Notes: generated by a model not told the origin, from the letters alone. Positions 19,110 to 29,046 are shown, numbered from the stretch's first letter. The stretch is DNA of 64,000 bases from a bacterium (GCA_031441465.1 JANOEP010000054.1:1-64000), one strand, 5' to 3'. Program-made: numbers and translations.

Positions 19110-21917
19110 TTAACGAATGACGACGAACTTGCCGATGAAGTCATCGAAGCGGTCGTCATCGGACTGAACGGTGAACAGGTAGATCTCACTGACGACTTCC
19201 TGGCCGTTGCGGCTCACCAGGTTCCAACTCGTCTCGCCGTACCCGCCGGTGCCGTCGTGCTCGATCGTCTCCACCAGGTCGCCGTCGAGGGTGAAGATCT
19301 TGACGGTGTTGTGGGCGAAGGGAAGGTTGGTGAAATTGACGCGCACCCCGGTGGGGTCGTCCGAATTCGGCGAGAACTGCTGGAACTCCTCGAGCGCCTC
19401 GCGCGTGGCCGGATTGGGGTACACGAAGATGTTGGCGCCGTCGCGCTCGCGCTCCGCGGCGGACTGCGCGTTGGACCCGGGGTTCGTGTGCGTGAAGGAC
19501 GACCCGGGATCCCCGACCAGACCCGCACCGATCACGGTCAGCGTGTTGTTCGGGTTGATGCGGATGGCATGGTCGGTCGCGGTCACGGAGTAGAAGTACA
19601 GGAACCCGTTGTGGACGGCGGGGTCGGTGTACTCGTAGAAGCTGAGCGGCTGTTTCGCCGTGTGCGTCGGCAGCAGCGCCTCGCGTCCGGTGACCATGAA
19701 GAACGTGTCCAGGGCGGCGGGGTAGCCCTGCCACGGCAGCAGCCCGACCAGCGCCGGGATCGGCAGGCCCTCGCGGTCGTAGAGCGCCGGCCGCACCACG
19801 TAGCGTCCCGAGGTGTCGGCCGCGACGACCTGGCGCATCGCCTCGGCCAGCCCCGGCGCGGGCATGGCGAAGGTGGCGTCGTCGAGCACCCGCGGACGGT
19901 AGCGGATCTGTTCCAGGCCGGTGTTGGTGCCCAGGGGCAGGGTGTCCACGACCGTGGTGCCGTCGCTCAGCTCGCGCGTGTTGATGAACGTGTTCACGTA
20001 GTCGTACTCGGCGATCAACTGCCAGAGGTTGCTCTCGGGGCCGTTCTCGACCGAGGATCCGAACGGCCGGGTCCAGTTGTCGGCGCGCCAGATGCGGTAG
20101 GACTCGAAGTCGATGCGGTTGGCGCGCACGTCGGCCGTCGTCTCGCTGCGGTTGTCCCAGAAGACGTGCACGGCGCTGTCCGTCGCCCAGAGCCGAACCC
20201 CGGGCGGAGGCGGCGCCATGCCGACCAACCAGTGGATCAGGGACTCGTTGCCGCCGACACCCGTGCAACCCGCTTTCTGTTCCTCGGAAATGTCGGGGTC
20301 GCTGCAGTTCCAGAGGGTCTCGATGAAGCGGTTCTCCTTCGTGCAGAACTGTCCCGCCTGGCGCACGCATTCGAAGCAGTTGTCCATGTTGACGTAGACG
20401 CAGCCATCGTCGTCGAGATCGTCGCCGGTGATCACCGGCTGCGAAAGGATGTAATCCTCCGCCACGCAGGTGGTGTCCATCAGGTCGGCCACGAAACTGA
20501 AGATGTCCTGGCCGTACTCGCGGGCGCAGATCTTCGTCTCGCGCCCGAGGACGCCGGTCGCGGTGTTGGCGTCGAGGTTGAACGCGTTGCCGATCCAGGT
20601 CAGCGTGGCTTCCGCCGCGTTCTGCAGCATGCCCTCGAGGCCGATCCCCAGCACCAGCGCGGCCTGGAACTGCAGGGTCTCCCCGGGCGGCAGCTCGGAG
20701 AACGGGCCGGCCGAGATCAGGAAGCGGTAGTCGCTTTCCTTGCCGGTGGCCGTGTCGTTGTCGATGTTCGGCTCGCTGAGCAGCTCGTAGCGCTCGGCGT
20801 CGTTGGAGGGATCGCCGCCGCGGGCGAAGGGCTGGTTGCCCGAGAAATGGTTGAAGCTGCGCAGGCCGACGCTGCGCGGGGCCAGGCGGCCGGTCGGGTC
20901 GGTGTCGTGCCCCAGGAAGACGATGCCGAAGTAGCCCGGCGTGGCCCCTTCGTCCCCGTCGCTGTCGAACATGAAGCCGACGGAGACCGGCACGAAGCTG
21001 TTGTCGCGGGCGCGCACGAGCATGTTGCGGCTGCCGGCCATGTCGTCCTCGGCGCGGCCGGGACGGGCGCGGGGGCCGATGTCGGCGTCGGCGAAGAAGC
21101 CGATGTAGACGTCGTCGATGGACGCCACGCCGACGTTCGTGACGTCGAACTCGAAGGCCACGAAGTCGTCGGCGTCGTCGTTCTCCCAGCCGAAGGACTT
21201 CTGGACGATCTTCAGGTTGATCGGCGTATGGTCGGGGAACTGCTCCGAAGCCAGGCGCGTGTTGTCGTACATCGTGCAGACCATCATCTGGTTGCCGACC
21301 TGCCCGAAGTCCTCCTCGATTTCGCCGTCGTCGTCGTCGTCGTAGCCGTTGAGCGTTTCCTCGTCGTAGAGCAATTCGCCGAAGAAGTCGCGGTCGTCGT
21401 CGTCGTTCGCTCCCGACTCGGGCCGCCGCTTGCCGTTCGCGTTGGGGTAGCCGGCGGGGCGCGTCACCTTGCCGCCGATGGCCTCGTAGATCGTGTCGGT
21501 GATCTCGTTGCGGGCCCTGATCTCCGTCTCGTACTGCCCGGTCGAGACGAGCCGTTCGCCGAGGACCGCGCCGCCGACCCAGAGCCCGGCGGCCCAGAGG
21601 TACTCGACGCCGGAACCGGCCGGCCACTGGGCCGAGGGCGCGTCGCACCAGCTGCAGGTGGCCGGGGTCTGGGAACCGATGAGCCCGAAGTTCGTGATGT
21701 TCATGTGCAGTTCGCCGACGTTCATCACGTAGGATCCGTCGGTGACGGCGGAACCGTCCGGCACCGGTCCGGAATGGGCGCCGTACTGCTCGAGATCCAC
21801 CCAGGCCGCCGCCGGAGCCGCGGACAGGAGGGCCATCGCTACCAGCAGGGCCAGGCCGATCCGGGTGCCGTGGGCGCCCGTGCGGTCCGGTAGGCTGCGG
21901 CTGGACATCATGGTCAT
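19110..21917 (-). CDS. Large secreted protein with T9SS CTD/FlgD-Ig-like C-terminal domain
   Basis: Signal peptide; WPAGSG.EYLW..GLWVG N-terminal motif; DFESYRIWR Fn3-like segment; C-terminus IFVYPNP...VKIFTLDGDLV..I.H...WNLVSRNGQEV.SEIYL.......IGKFVVIR. Confidence 0.75.
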   Translation of the reverse strand: MTMMSSRSLPDRTGAHGTRIGLALLVAMALLSAAPAAAWVDLEQYGAHSGPVPDGSAVTDGSYVMNVGELHMNITNFGLIGSQTPATCSWCDAPSAQWPAGSGVEYLWAAGLWVGGAVLGERLVSTGQYETEIRARNEITDTIYEAIGGKVTRPAGYPNANGKRRPESGANDDDDRDFFGELLYDEETLNGYDDDDDGEIEEDFGQVGNQMMVCTMYDNTRLASEQFPDHTPINLKIVQKSFGWENDDADDFVAFEFDVTNVGVASIDDVYIGFFADADIGPRARPGRAEDDMAGSRNMLVRARDNSFVPVSVGFMFDSDGDEGATPGYFGIVFLGHDTDPTGRLAPRSVGLRSFNHFSGNQPFARGGDPSNDAERYELLSEPNIDNDTATGKESDYRFLISAGPFSELPPGETLQFQAALVLGIGLEGMLQNAAEATLTWIGNAFNLDANTATGVLGRETKICAREYGQDIFSFVADLMDTTCVAEDYILSQPVITGDDLDDDGCVYVNMDNCFECVRQAGQFCTKENRFIETLWNCSDPDISEEQKAGCTGVGGNESLIHWLVGMAPPPPGVRLWATDSAVHVFWDNRSETTADVRANRIDFESYRIWRADNWTRPFGSSVENGPESNLWQLIAEYDYVNTFINTRELSDGTTVVDTLPLGTNTGLEQIRYRPRVLDDATFAMPAPGLAEAMRQVVAADTSGRYVVRPALYDREGLPIPALVGLLPWQGYPAALDTFFMVTGREALLPTHTAKQPLSFYEYTDPAVHNGFLYFYSVTATDHAIRINPNNTLTVIGAGLVGDPGSSFTHTNPGSNAQSAAERERDGANIFVYPNPATREALEEFQQFSPNSDDPTGVRVNFTNLPFAHNTVKIFTLDGDLVETIEHDGTGGYGETSWNLVSRNGQEVVSEIYLFTVQSDDDRFDDFIGKFVVIR

Positions 21918-21957
21918 TCCTTTCCCTCTGACAACCCCGGTCATGCCCCGTCCGGTC

Positions 21958-24954
21958 CTAGAACGTCCAGCCGAGGCCGACGCGGAACAGGCGGTGGTCC
22001 ATGAAGACCCGCGGGTCGTTGATAGGGATGAACTCGTTGTAGTTGTCGCCGTTGGCGTCCTGCAGATAGGCGCCGCCGTACTTGCCGGTCTCGGTCAAGT
22101 ACGACACGTAGGCCGAGGTGGCGTTGCGCAGGCCGGGCGTGAGTCCGGCGCCGGGGTTGCGCACCATGTCCTGGTTGATCAGGTTGTGGGCCTGGAAGTA
22201 CATGGTGAGCCGCTGCCCGTAGAAGTTGATCTCCTTCTGGCCCTGGAACGTCAGGTCGTAGGTGGCGGGCAGCCGCTCGCTGTTCTCGAGCAGCGGGTCC
22301 ACCTTGCGCGCGTAGCGGTCGTTGGGGGTCCAGGGGAAACCGCTGCCGTAGGAAAACGTCATCGAGCCGGACCACGAGTTCGGCTGCTGCAGCAGCAGCG
22401 ACAGGTGGAACACGTGGCGCTGGTCCCAGTTCAGGGGCAGTTCCTGGTTGGGCAGGTACTCGAGGCCTTCGGGGTTCGCGCCGAATTCCTGCGACGATGC
22501 CACGCCGTCCGCGTAGGAGAACGTGTAGGCGACGTCGAAGGCGAAGTTGTCGGAGTAACGCTTGTTGAGCGTCACCTCGACGCCGCGCGCCGAGGCGTAG
22601 GCCTTGTTGATGTAGCGCGGCAGCGTGTTGCCGGTCTCCTCGTCGGTGACCGTAGTCGCCGCGATCAGGTCGTAGATGTCGCGCGAGTAGATGGCGACCG
22701 AACCCGCGAGGTAGTCGGTGAACTGGTGCTTGATGCCGGCCTGGTAGGCGATGGTCGTCTCGGCCTTCAGGTTGGGATTGCCCAGGGTGCCGGCGTTGCC
22801 CAGCGGGTCCTGGCTGCTGAACAGAAGGTCGCGGGTCGGGAACTGGATGAACCGGCCGTAGGAGAAGTTGAAGCCGTCGCGCTCGGTGATGGGGAACGCG
22901 AAGCCGAGGCGCGGCGAGAACTGGTGCTTGTACTTGATGACGTTCTTGTTGACGTCGTCGTTGTCCAGCAGGATCTCGGCGGCCGAGCCCGGCGAGAAGA
23001 GATCCCAGCGGAAGCCGTAGTTCATCACCATGCCCTCGTAGTCCCAGCGATCCTGGATGTAGTAGGAGGCTTCGGGGTTGTACGAGTGGTAGATGTTCGA
23101 ACTGGCGCCCAGCGAGTACAGCCCCGTGAAGCGGTTCTGGCGCTCGTAGGCGGGGTACGAGAGGTTGTTGCTCTCGATGTCGTTGTACTGCAGCTGCAGA
23201 CCCATCTTCACGAGATGGCTCGACCAGCGCGTGGTCGAGAGATCGAACTTCGCGATGTAGGTCCGCGAGTAGTCCTCCCCGTAGTAGGGAAAATCGCTCG
23301 TGGTCACGAAGAGTGGGTTCAGGGGGTCGGTGTAGTAGTCCGAGCCGTTCAGGTAGAGGTTCGCCTGGCCGTAGAACAGGCCGGGAGACGCGATGGGCCC
23401 GTGCTGGTACTCCCAGGGGTCCTGGCCGTTGACCGAGAACACGTTGTCGTTGCGCAGCGCCGAGACCTTCATGGTGTAGAAGGTGTCGTCGGTCAGGTTG
23501 TGGGTCAGCACGAACTTGAGGTTCTGGCTGAGGCTCCGGTTGACGCCGCTGCGGTCGGCCGAGTTGAACCAGGTGTAGGACGAGTCCTCCTGGGCCGTGG
23601 AGTAGCTGGAGTAGGGGTAGCGGAAGCCGTCGAAGCCGGGCTCGGCCGCGACCGTGTAGAGGCGACCGTCGGTGGAGCGGACCTGGAGCACGGGCGCCAT
23701 GCGCCGGATGAGGCTGGCGTTGCGGGCGTCGATCACCACGGCCGGGTGTGAGAGCTGGTTCATCCGCTCGTACCAGGGACCGTAGTAGACGGGCACGTAG
23801 TTGCGCGTGTAGAGCCAGGAATCGTCGCCCGGGGTGTTCACCAGCAGGGGCATCATCAGGACGCGCCGCGAGTATCCCGACACGCTCCAGTTCGGCGAGT
23901 AGGACTCGTTCGAGGCGGAATTGAGCGTGTACTCGCCCGAGAGGCGCAGGTTCTCGCTGAAGGTGTACTGCCACTTCGAGGAACCCTTGAGCTGGTTGAC
24001 CTGGCGGCGGCGGAACTGGAAGAGCGTGGCGCCGCCGAGATCGACCCGGTATTCGGGACGGTTGGCGACCGAGAAGTTCTCGGTGTCGGTGAACACGAAG
24101 TCGCCGGCGAGGAAATAGGTCAGCTTCTGCACGGGGGTCGGACCGCCGAAGCCGAACTCGAAGCGGTCGTAGTTGGTGTAGGTCTTGTCCTGGCGGCCGA
24201 AGTCGTCGGTCATGTAGCGCAGGCCGCCCTCGAAGCTCTCGCCGCCGGTGCGGGTGGTGACGTTGATGACGCCGGACATGGCCGAGCCGTACTCGGGATC
24301 CATGCCGCCGGTCACCATTTCGGTGGCCTCGACGGCCATCGAGGAGACGGAGATGGCGCCGCCGCCGCCCACGTTGTCGACCGGCACGTCGTCGATGCGC
24401 ATCGACACTTCGCCGGAGCGGCCGCCGCGCACGTAGAGTTCGCCGTCGCGCATCTGCACGCCGGCCTGCTTCGCCACGGCCTCCTCGACCGAGTCGATGG
24501 CGTAGTCCGCCAGGCGGTCGCCGGTGAAGCCCTGCTCCTGCGTGGAGTTCTTGATCTCGACCATGTAGCGCGCGCCCTCGACCGCGAACTCCTCAAGGGT
24601 CTGGACGACGACGACCTTCAGGTCGAAACGGATGACCGACTGGGCCCCCTCCGCGACCTCGACCGTCACCGCTTCGGGTGCGTAGCCGAGGTAGAGGACC
24701 TGGACCGTGTACGTACCCGGCTTCAAGCCCTGGAAGTAGAAGACGCCACCGCTGAGGGACATCGTGCCGCGGGAGGTCCCCTTGATCAGCACGTTCGCAT
24801 AATCCAGGAGTTCGCCGGACTCCACGTCGCGGATGGTGCCCTTGATCGAGCCCGGAGCGCCCTGGGCGTTCGCGAGCGCCGGCAGCAGGATGAAGGCGAA
24901 GAACGCCCACCTGACCGCGGGTGTGGCTACTGTGTTGCGTAAGCGACGGAGCAT
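21958..24954 (-). CDS. TonB-dependent receptor with N-terminal carboxypeptidase-regulatory-like domain
   Basis: GSIKGTIRD..SGE.L..ANV, PGTYTV...YLGY, plug LYVRGGRSGE, GGMDPEYG.AMSGVINV, FSPRLG, GNPNLKAE, C-terminal VGLGWTF. Confidence 0.9.
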   Translation of the reverse strand: MLRRLRNTVATPAVRWAFFAFILLPALANAQGAPGSIKGTIRDVESGELLDYANVLIKGTSRGTMSLSGGVFYFQGLKPGTYTVQVLYLGYAPEAVTVEVAEGAQSVIRFDLKVVVVQTLEEFAVEGARYMVEIKNSTQEQGFTGDRLADYAIDSVEEAVAKQAGVQMRDGELYVRGGRSGEVSMRIDDVPVDNVGGGGAISVSSMAVEATEMVTGGMDPEYGSAMSGVINVTTRTGGESFEGGLRYMTDDFGRQDKTYTNYDRFEFGFGGPTPVQKLTYFLAGDFVFTDTENFSVANRPEYRVDLGGATLFQFRRRQVNQLKGSSKWQYTFSENLRLSGEYTLNSASNESYSPNWSVSGYSRRVLMMPLLVNTPGDDSWLYTRNYVPVYYGPWYERMNQLSHPAVVIDARNASLIRRMAPVLQVRSTDGRLYTVAAEPGFDGFRYPYSSYSTAQEDSSYTWFNSADRSGVNRSLSQNLKFVLTHNLTDDTFYTMKVSALRNDNVFSVNGQDPWEYQHGPIASPGLFYGQANLYLNGSDYYTDPLNPLFVTTSDFPYYGEDYSRTYIAKFDLSTTRWSSHLVKMGLQLQYNDIESNNLSYPAYERQNRFTGLYSLGASSNIYHSYNPEASYYIQDRWDYEGMVMNYGFRWDLFSPGSAAEILLDNDDVNKNVIKYKHQFSPRLGFAFPITERDGFNFSYGRFIQFPTRDLLFSSQDPLGNAGTLGNPNLKAETTIAYQAGIKHQFTDYLAGSVAIYSRDIYDLIAATTVTDEETGNTLPRYINKAYASARGVEVTLNKRYSDNFAFDVAYTFSYADGVASSQEFGANPEGLEYLPNQELPLNWDQRHVFHLSLLLQQPNSWSGSMTFSYGSGFPWTPNDRYARKVDPLLENSERLPATYDLTFQGQKEINFYGQRLTMYFQAHNLINQDMVRNPGAGLTPGLRNATSAYVSYLTETGKYGGAYLQDANGDNYNEFIPINDPRVFMDHRLFRVGLGWTF

Positions 24955-25159
24955 CGCGCGGCTCCTTTCGACGGACCTGGTCCGATCGAAGCGAGTGGTC
25001 GGGTCGGTCCCCGACCGCGCGACCCCGATCTCCGCCGCGGAGATGTGCGCGCGATCGACATTCGCCGACCCATGACCTCAACTTCCCCGGCCGGAGTCCG
25101 TACGCCCGGCGCCGGGGAACGTGGGGAATTTCCAGCCCTCAACCGGCAACTCACGGCTG

Positions 25160-25188
25160 AATATAGAGATTGCCAAAACCGCTGTCAA
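25160..25188 (-). promoter_or_regulatory. Near-consensus sigma70 promoter for the TBDR operon
   Basis: TTGACA-N17-TATATT. Confidence 0.75.
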
Positions 25189-25189
25189 C

Positions 25190-26899
25190 TTAATGTGTTT
25201 CGGGGTTTCCGACGGTCACGGGGCAACGCGATTCGTGTCCCTGGGCCAGCGTCCGCAGGTCCGGAACGGCGTCCCGGCAGGCTCGCCGCACCAGCGGGCA
25301 ACGCGGCGCGTAGGGGCAACCCGCGGGCGCCGGCGGGTCCAGTGCGGCCGTCGCACCCGGTCGGGTTCCACCCGCTTCGCAAGCGGACAGCGCCAACGTG
25401 TACGGATGCCGCGGGACGGCGCCGGCCGGCAGCACCTCCACCACGAATCCGGCGAACATCACCGCCAGGCTCCGGCACGTCCGGCGCGCGAGGCCGAGGT
25501 CGTGGGTGATCAGCAGCAGACCGCAGCCCCCGGCTTCCCGGAATCGCTGCAGCACGTCGATCAGGCGCGAGGCGGCGTCGGGATCGAGCGACCCCGTCGG
25601 CTCGTCGGCGACCAGCAGCTTCGGCTGCGCCGCCAGCGCGCGGGCGACGGCCACGCGCTGCCGCTGCCCGCCGCTGAGCGCGTGCGGGCGCTGCACCGCG
25701 ACCTCGGGCCCCAGCCCGCCGGCGGCGAGGAGACGGGCAGCCGTGCGCCGCGCCTCCGCTGCCGTTTCACCGGCGGCGCGGGCCGCCTCGGCGACGGCGT
25801 CGCCGCAGAGCTGTCGCGGGTCGAGGGAAGAGTACGGATCCTGGAAGATCATCTGGGCGGCGCGGTGCGGCCGACCGGGGACGGGCCGACCATCCACGTC
25901 GATCGTCCCCCCGTCGGGTCGCAGATGCCCGCACACGGCCCTCGCCAGCGACGTCTTGCCGCACCCCGACTCCCCCACCAGCCCGAGCGAGGAGGCGGCG
26001 CCGAGCGTCAGGTCGACGCCGCGGACCGCCGTGACGCCGGACCGGCCGGCGCTGCCCGGGTAACGCACGACGACACCACGGCAGACCAGCGCGGGCGCGC
26101 CGACGCCCGCCGTTTCGGCGGGGTCGGCCGGCGCGGTCCAACTGCCTGAGGGGGACAGGTCCGGCGAAGCTCCGAGCGGGACGTCCGCAGCGGTCGCGCC
26201 GTGCACCCGTCCCGCCTCCAGTCGCAGGACGCGGTCGGCGAGACCCGTCGTCAGGGCGGGATCGTGGGTGACCAACAGCAGGGACATGCCGCGCCGGCGC
26301 GTGAGGTCGCCCAGCAGCGCCGTTACGGCGGCCCGCACGTTGGCGTCCAGGGCGGTGGTGGGCTCGTCGGCCACCAGCAGCGCGGGGTCGCCGGCCAGGG
26401 CGAGCGCGAGCGCGACGCGCTGGCGTTCGCCGCCGCTGAGCTGGTGGGCGTAACGCCGCGCGACCGCCTCGGGGTCCGGCAGCAGCATCTCCGCCAGCAG
26501 GTCACGGACCCGCCGCCGGGCATCACGCCGGCTGAAGCCGTGCAGGGCGCGCAGCGTCTCGGCCAGCTGATCGCCCGTGCGCACGACCGGGTCCAGGCTC
26601 GCCAAGGGATCCTGGAAGAGCATCCCGATCCCGCGGCCCAGCAACCGCCGGTGCGCCGGACCGGAACGCAACGGCTCGCCGCGCCAGCTCACGACGCCGG
26701 ACACGCGCGCCCGGGTCGGCAGCAGCCCGAGGACGGCCAGGGCCAGCGTCGACTTGCCGGCGCCGGACGGGCCGACGATCGCCAAGGTCTCCCCGGCGGC
26801 CAGCGACAGGTCGACGCCGCGCAGCGCCTCGCGGCTGCCGTCCGGACCCGGGTAGGTCACCCGCAGGGAATCGAGCCGCAGCAGGCAAGGGGCGCTCAC
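25190..26899 (-). CDS. Dpp/Opp-type ABC ATPase with two fused ATPase domains
   Basis: Two Walker A motifs (GPSGAGKS, GESGCGKT), two LSGG..QR, two ADEPT, C-terminal HPYT and CPYAPRC...C...C. GTG 26899 overlaps the upstream stop. Confidence 0.9.
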   Translation of the reverse strand: MSAPCLLRLDSLRVTYPGPDGSREALRGVDLSLAAGETLAIVGPSGAGKSTLALAVLGLLPTRARVSGVVSWRGEPLRSGPAHRRLLGRGIGMLFQDPLASLDPVVRTGDQLAETLRALHGFSRRDARRRVRDLLAEMLLPDPEAVARRYAHQLSGGERQRVALALALAGDPALLVADEPTTALDANVRAAVTALLGDLTRRRGMSLLLVTHDPALTTGLADRVLRLEAGRVHGATAADVPLGASPDLSPSGSWTAPADPAETAGVGAPALVCRGVVVRYPGSAGRSGVTAVRGVDLTLGAASSLGLVGESGCGKTSLARAVCGHLRPDGGTIDVDGRPVPGRPHRAAQMIFQDPYSSLDPRQLCGDAVAEAARAAGETAAEARRTAARLLAAGGLGPEVAVQRPHALSGGQRQRVAVARALAAQPKLLVADEPTGSLDPDAASRLIDVLQRFREAGGCGLLLITHDLGLARRTCRSLAVMFAGFVVEVLPAGAVPRHPYTLALSACEAGGTRPGATAALDPPAPAGCPYAPRCPLVRRACRDAVPDLRTLAQGHESRCPVTVGNPETH

Positions 26900-27759
26900 G
26901 TGCCGCTCCCCCCGGGCGCGTCGAAGCGGCCGCCGGCGCGCGGGTCGAGCGCGTCGCGCAGGGCGTCCCCGAGCAGGTTGTGACCGATCGCGGTCAGCGC
27001 GATCGCGGCGCCGGGGAACGCGGCCAGCCACCAGGCGTCGGCCAGGTGGCGCTGGCCGTGCTCGATCATGGCGCCCCAGGACACGGTCGGGTCCTGGGCG
27101 CCCAGCCCGAGGTAGCTGAGGAAGGATTCCAGCAGGATCGCGCCGCCCACGCGTAACGACGCCGCGAGGATCACCAGGGGCAGCACGTGCGGCAGGACGT
27201 GGCGCACGGCGAGGCGCCAGGCCGGCAACTCGAGACTGCGCGCCGCGACGACGAACGGGCGGTCCCGCAACGCGAGCGCCTCCGCGCGCACCAGGCGCGC
27301 CACGCCCATCCAGCCCGTCGCCGCGATCACGGCCGCGACCAGCGCCAAGGACGGCGCCTGGGCGGCCGCGATCAGCAGCACCAGGAACACGCGGGGGAAC
27401 GCCAGGAACAGATCGGTCAGCGCCATGAGCGCCCGGTCGAGCCGCACGGGGCCCAAGCCCGCGGCGAGCCCGATCAGCGTGCCGATCAGCACGGCCCCGA
27501 ACACGCCGGACCAGCCCACGATGAGGGAAGCGCGGCCGCCGAGCATGAGGCGCCCCAGGACGTCGCGGCCGAGCGCGTCGGTCCCGAGCGGGTGCGCCGA
27601 AGACGGCGCCAACAGCCGCTCGGCGGCGGTACCCACGCGCAGGGGGTCGCCGGGCGCCAGCGGTCCGGCCAGCACGACCGCCAGCAGCGGCAACAGGATC
27701 AGGACCAGCCCGGCGCGGCCGCCGGCGTCGCGCAGCAGGGCGCGGCCCACGGCGCTCAC
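26896..27759 (-). CDS. Dpp/Opp ABC permease (DppC/OppC-like)
   Basis: HPLGTDALGRD, FVVAARSL, RHVLP, ESFLSYLGLG, NLLGDALRDALDPR. Confidence 0.92.
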   Translation of the reverse strand: MSAVGRALLRDAGGRAGLVLILLPLLAVVLAGPLAPGDPLRVGTAAERLLAPSSAHPLGTDALGRDVLGRLMLGGRASLIVGWSGVFGAVLIGTLIGLAAGLGPVRLDRALMALTDLFLAFPRVFLVLLIAAAQAPSLALVAAVIAATGWMGVARLVRAEALALRDRPFVVAARSLELPAWRLAVRHVLPHVLPLVILAASLRVGGAILLESFLSYLGLGAQDPTVSWGAMIEHGQRHLADAWWLAAFPGAAIALTAIGHNLLGDALRDALDPRAGGRFDAPGGSGT

Positions 27760-28739
27760 GTCCGCCCCTCCCCGCCCGTGCGCGCGCGCGGGTCGACGAG
27801 CCGGTAGCACAGATCGGCCAGCAGGTTGCCGACCACGACCATCACGGCCGCGAGACCCGCCGCGCCGAGGATCACCGGGTAGTCGCGGGCCCACAGCGCC
27901 TCCACGGCGACGCGGCCCATGCCCGGCCAAGCGAACACGGTCTCGGTCACCACCGCGCCGCCGAGCAGGGCCGGCAGGTTCAACCCCACCAGCGTGACCA
28001 CCGGCAACAGGGCGTTGCGCAGGGCGTGGCGCCAGATCACGGTGCGCTCCGCGAGGCCGCGGGCCCGGGCGGCCGTGACGAACTCGGATTCGAGGACTTC
28101 GAGCACGGCCTGCCGCACGTAGCGGGCCGTGCCGACGGCGGTGGCCAGGCCGAGCACGGCGACCGGCAGCACGAGGTGGCGGGCGGTGTCGAGCCATCGG
28201 GACGGCCAGGACAGCAAGGCGTGGTCGGGCGCGTGCATCCCCGAGGCGGGCAGCCAGCCCAGTCCGCGGGCGAAGATCAGCACGAGCATGAGCCCGAGCC
28301 AGAAGGCCGGCAGGGAGTACAGCGCGAGGCCCAGGGCGCCGACGGTCCGCTCGGCGGCGGAGCCGCGCCGCCGCGCCATCCAGACGCCCAGGGGTACGGC
28401 CACGGCGAGGTGCGCCAGGTAGGCGGTGACGGTCAGCAGCAGCGTGCGCGGCACGGCCTCGGCGAGGATGTCCGACACCCCGCGGTGCAGGCGCAGGCTG
28501 CGGCCGAGATCGCCGTGCAGCAGCACGCCGCCCAGCCAGCGGAAGTACTGCTCGGCGAGCGGGCGGTCGAGGCCGTACTCGTGGCGCAGCAGCGCGCGGC
28601 CCGCCGCGTCGAGGTCGGGGTCGCGCAGCAGCCCCACCGGATCGCCCGGCGCGAGGCGGGCCAGCAGGAACACCAGGCTGAGCGCGGCCAGCACCAGCAG
28701 CAGGGCGGTCGCCAGTCGCGTCAGCAGGTCGCGGATCAT
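27756..28739 (-). CDS. Dpp/Opp ABC permease (DppB/OppB-like)
   Basis: APGDP, GLDRPL..QY, GDLGRS, ARARGL, HALRNA, TETVFAWPGMG, RDYP, DPR. Confidence 0.93.
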   Translation of the reverse strand: MIRDLLTRLATALLLVLAALSLVFLLARLAPGDPVGLLRDPDLDAAGRALLRHEYGLDRPLAEQYFRWLGGVLLHGDLGRSLRLHRGVSDILAEAVPRTLLLTVTAYLAHLAVAVPLGVWMARRRGSAAERTVGALGLALYSLPAFWLGLMLVLIFARGLGWLPASGMHAPDHALLSWPSRWLDTARHLVLPVAVLGLATAVGTARYVRQAVLEVLESEFVTAARARGLAERTVIWRHALRNALLPVVTLVGLNLPALLGGAVVTETVFAWPGMGRVAVEALWARDYPVILGAAGLAAVMVVVGNLLADLCYRLVDPRARTGGEGRT

Positions 28740-28782
28740 CGGCTCTCCAGGCTGGACGTCCCAAGCTCACGGTCCCGCGGTC

Positions 28783-28812
28783 AGTCTAGGGACGCCGCCC
28801 GCACGCGGTCAA
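28783..28812 (-). promoter_or_regulatory. Putative sigma70 promoter for the dpp-like genes
   Basis: TTGACC-N18-TAGACT. Confidence 0.5.
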
Positions 28813-29046
28813 GGCAAGCCCGCGTCCCGGTCGCACTTCGCACGGGCCTGCGTGCAGGCTGCGGCGCCGTCGGGAGGGCGCGGGATGCCTCCCCGCTGAC
28901 CGGGACAGGCCGCAGCGGCGCGACCGGCCTCGCCGCTTCCGGTCGTTCCCCGTCGTTCCCCGCCGCCCGGATTCGCGGCAAGCCGCTTCCCGGCACGGGT
29001 CTTTCATGTCCGGCGCCGACGAGTGAACGACAACCGGGAGCGCACC

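Noticed and set aside
19180..19195. SEIY instead of the usual SG(I/V)Y in the cargo CTD
   Set aside because: A single-base difference that cannot be told apart from drift or sequencing error.
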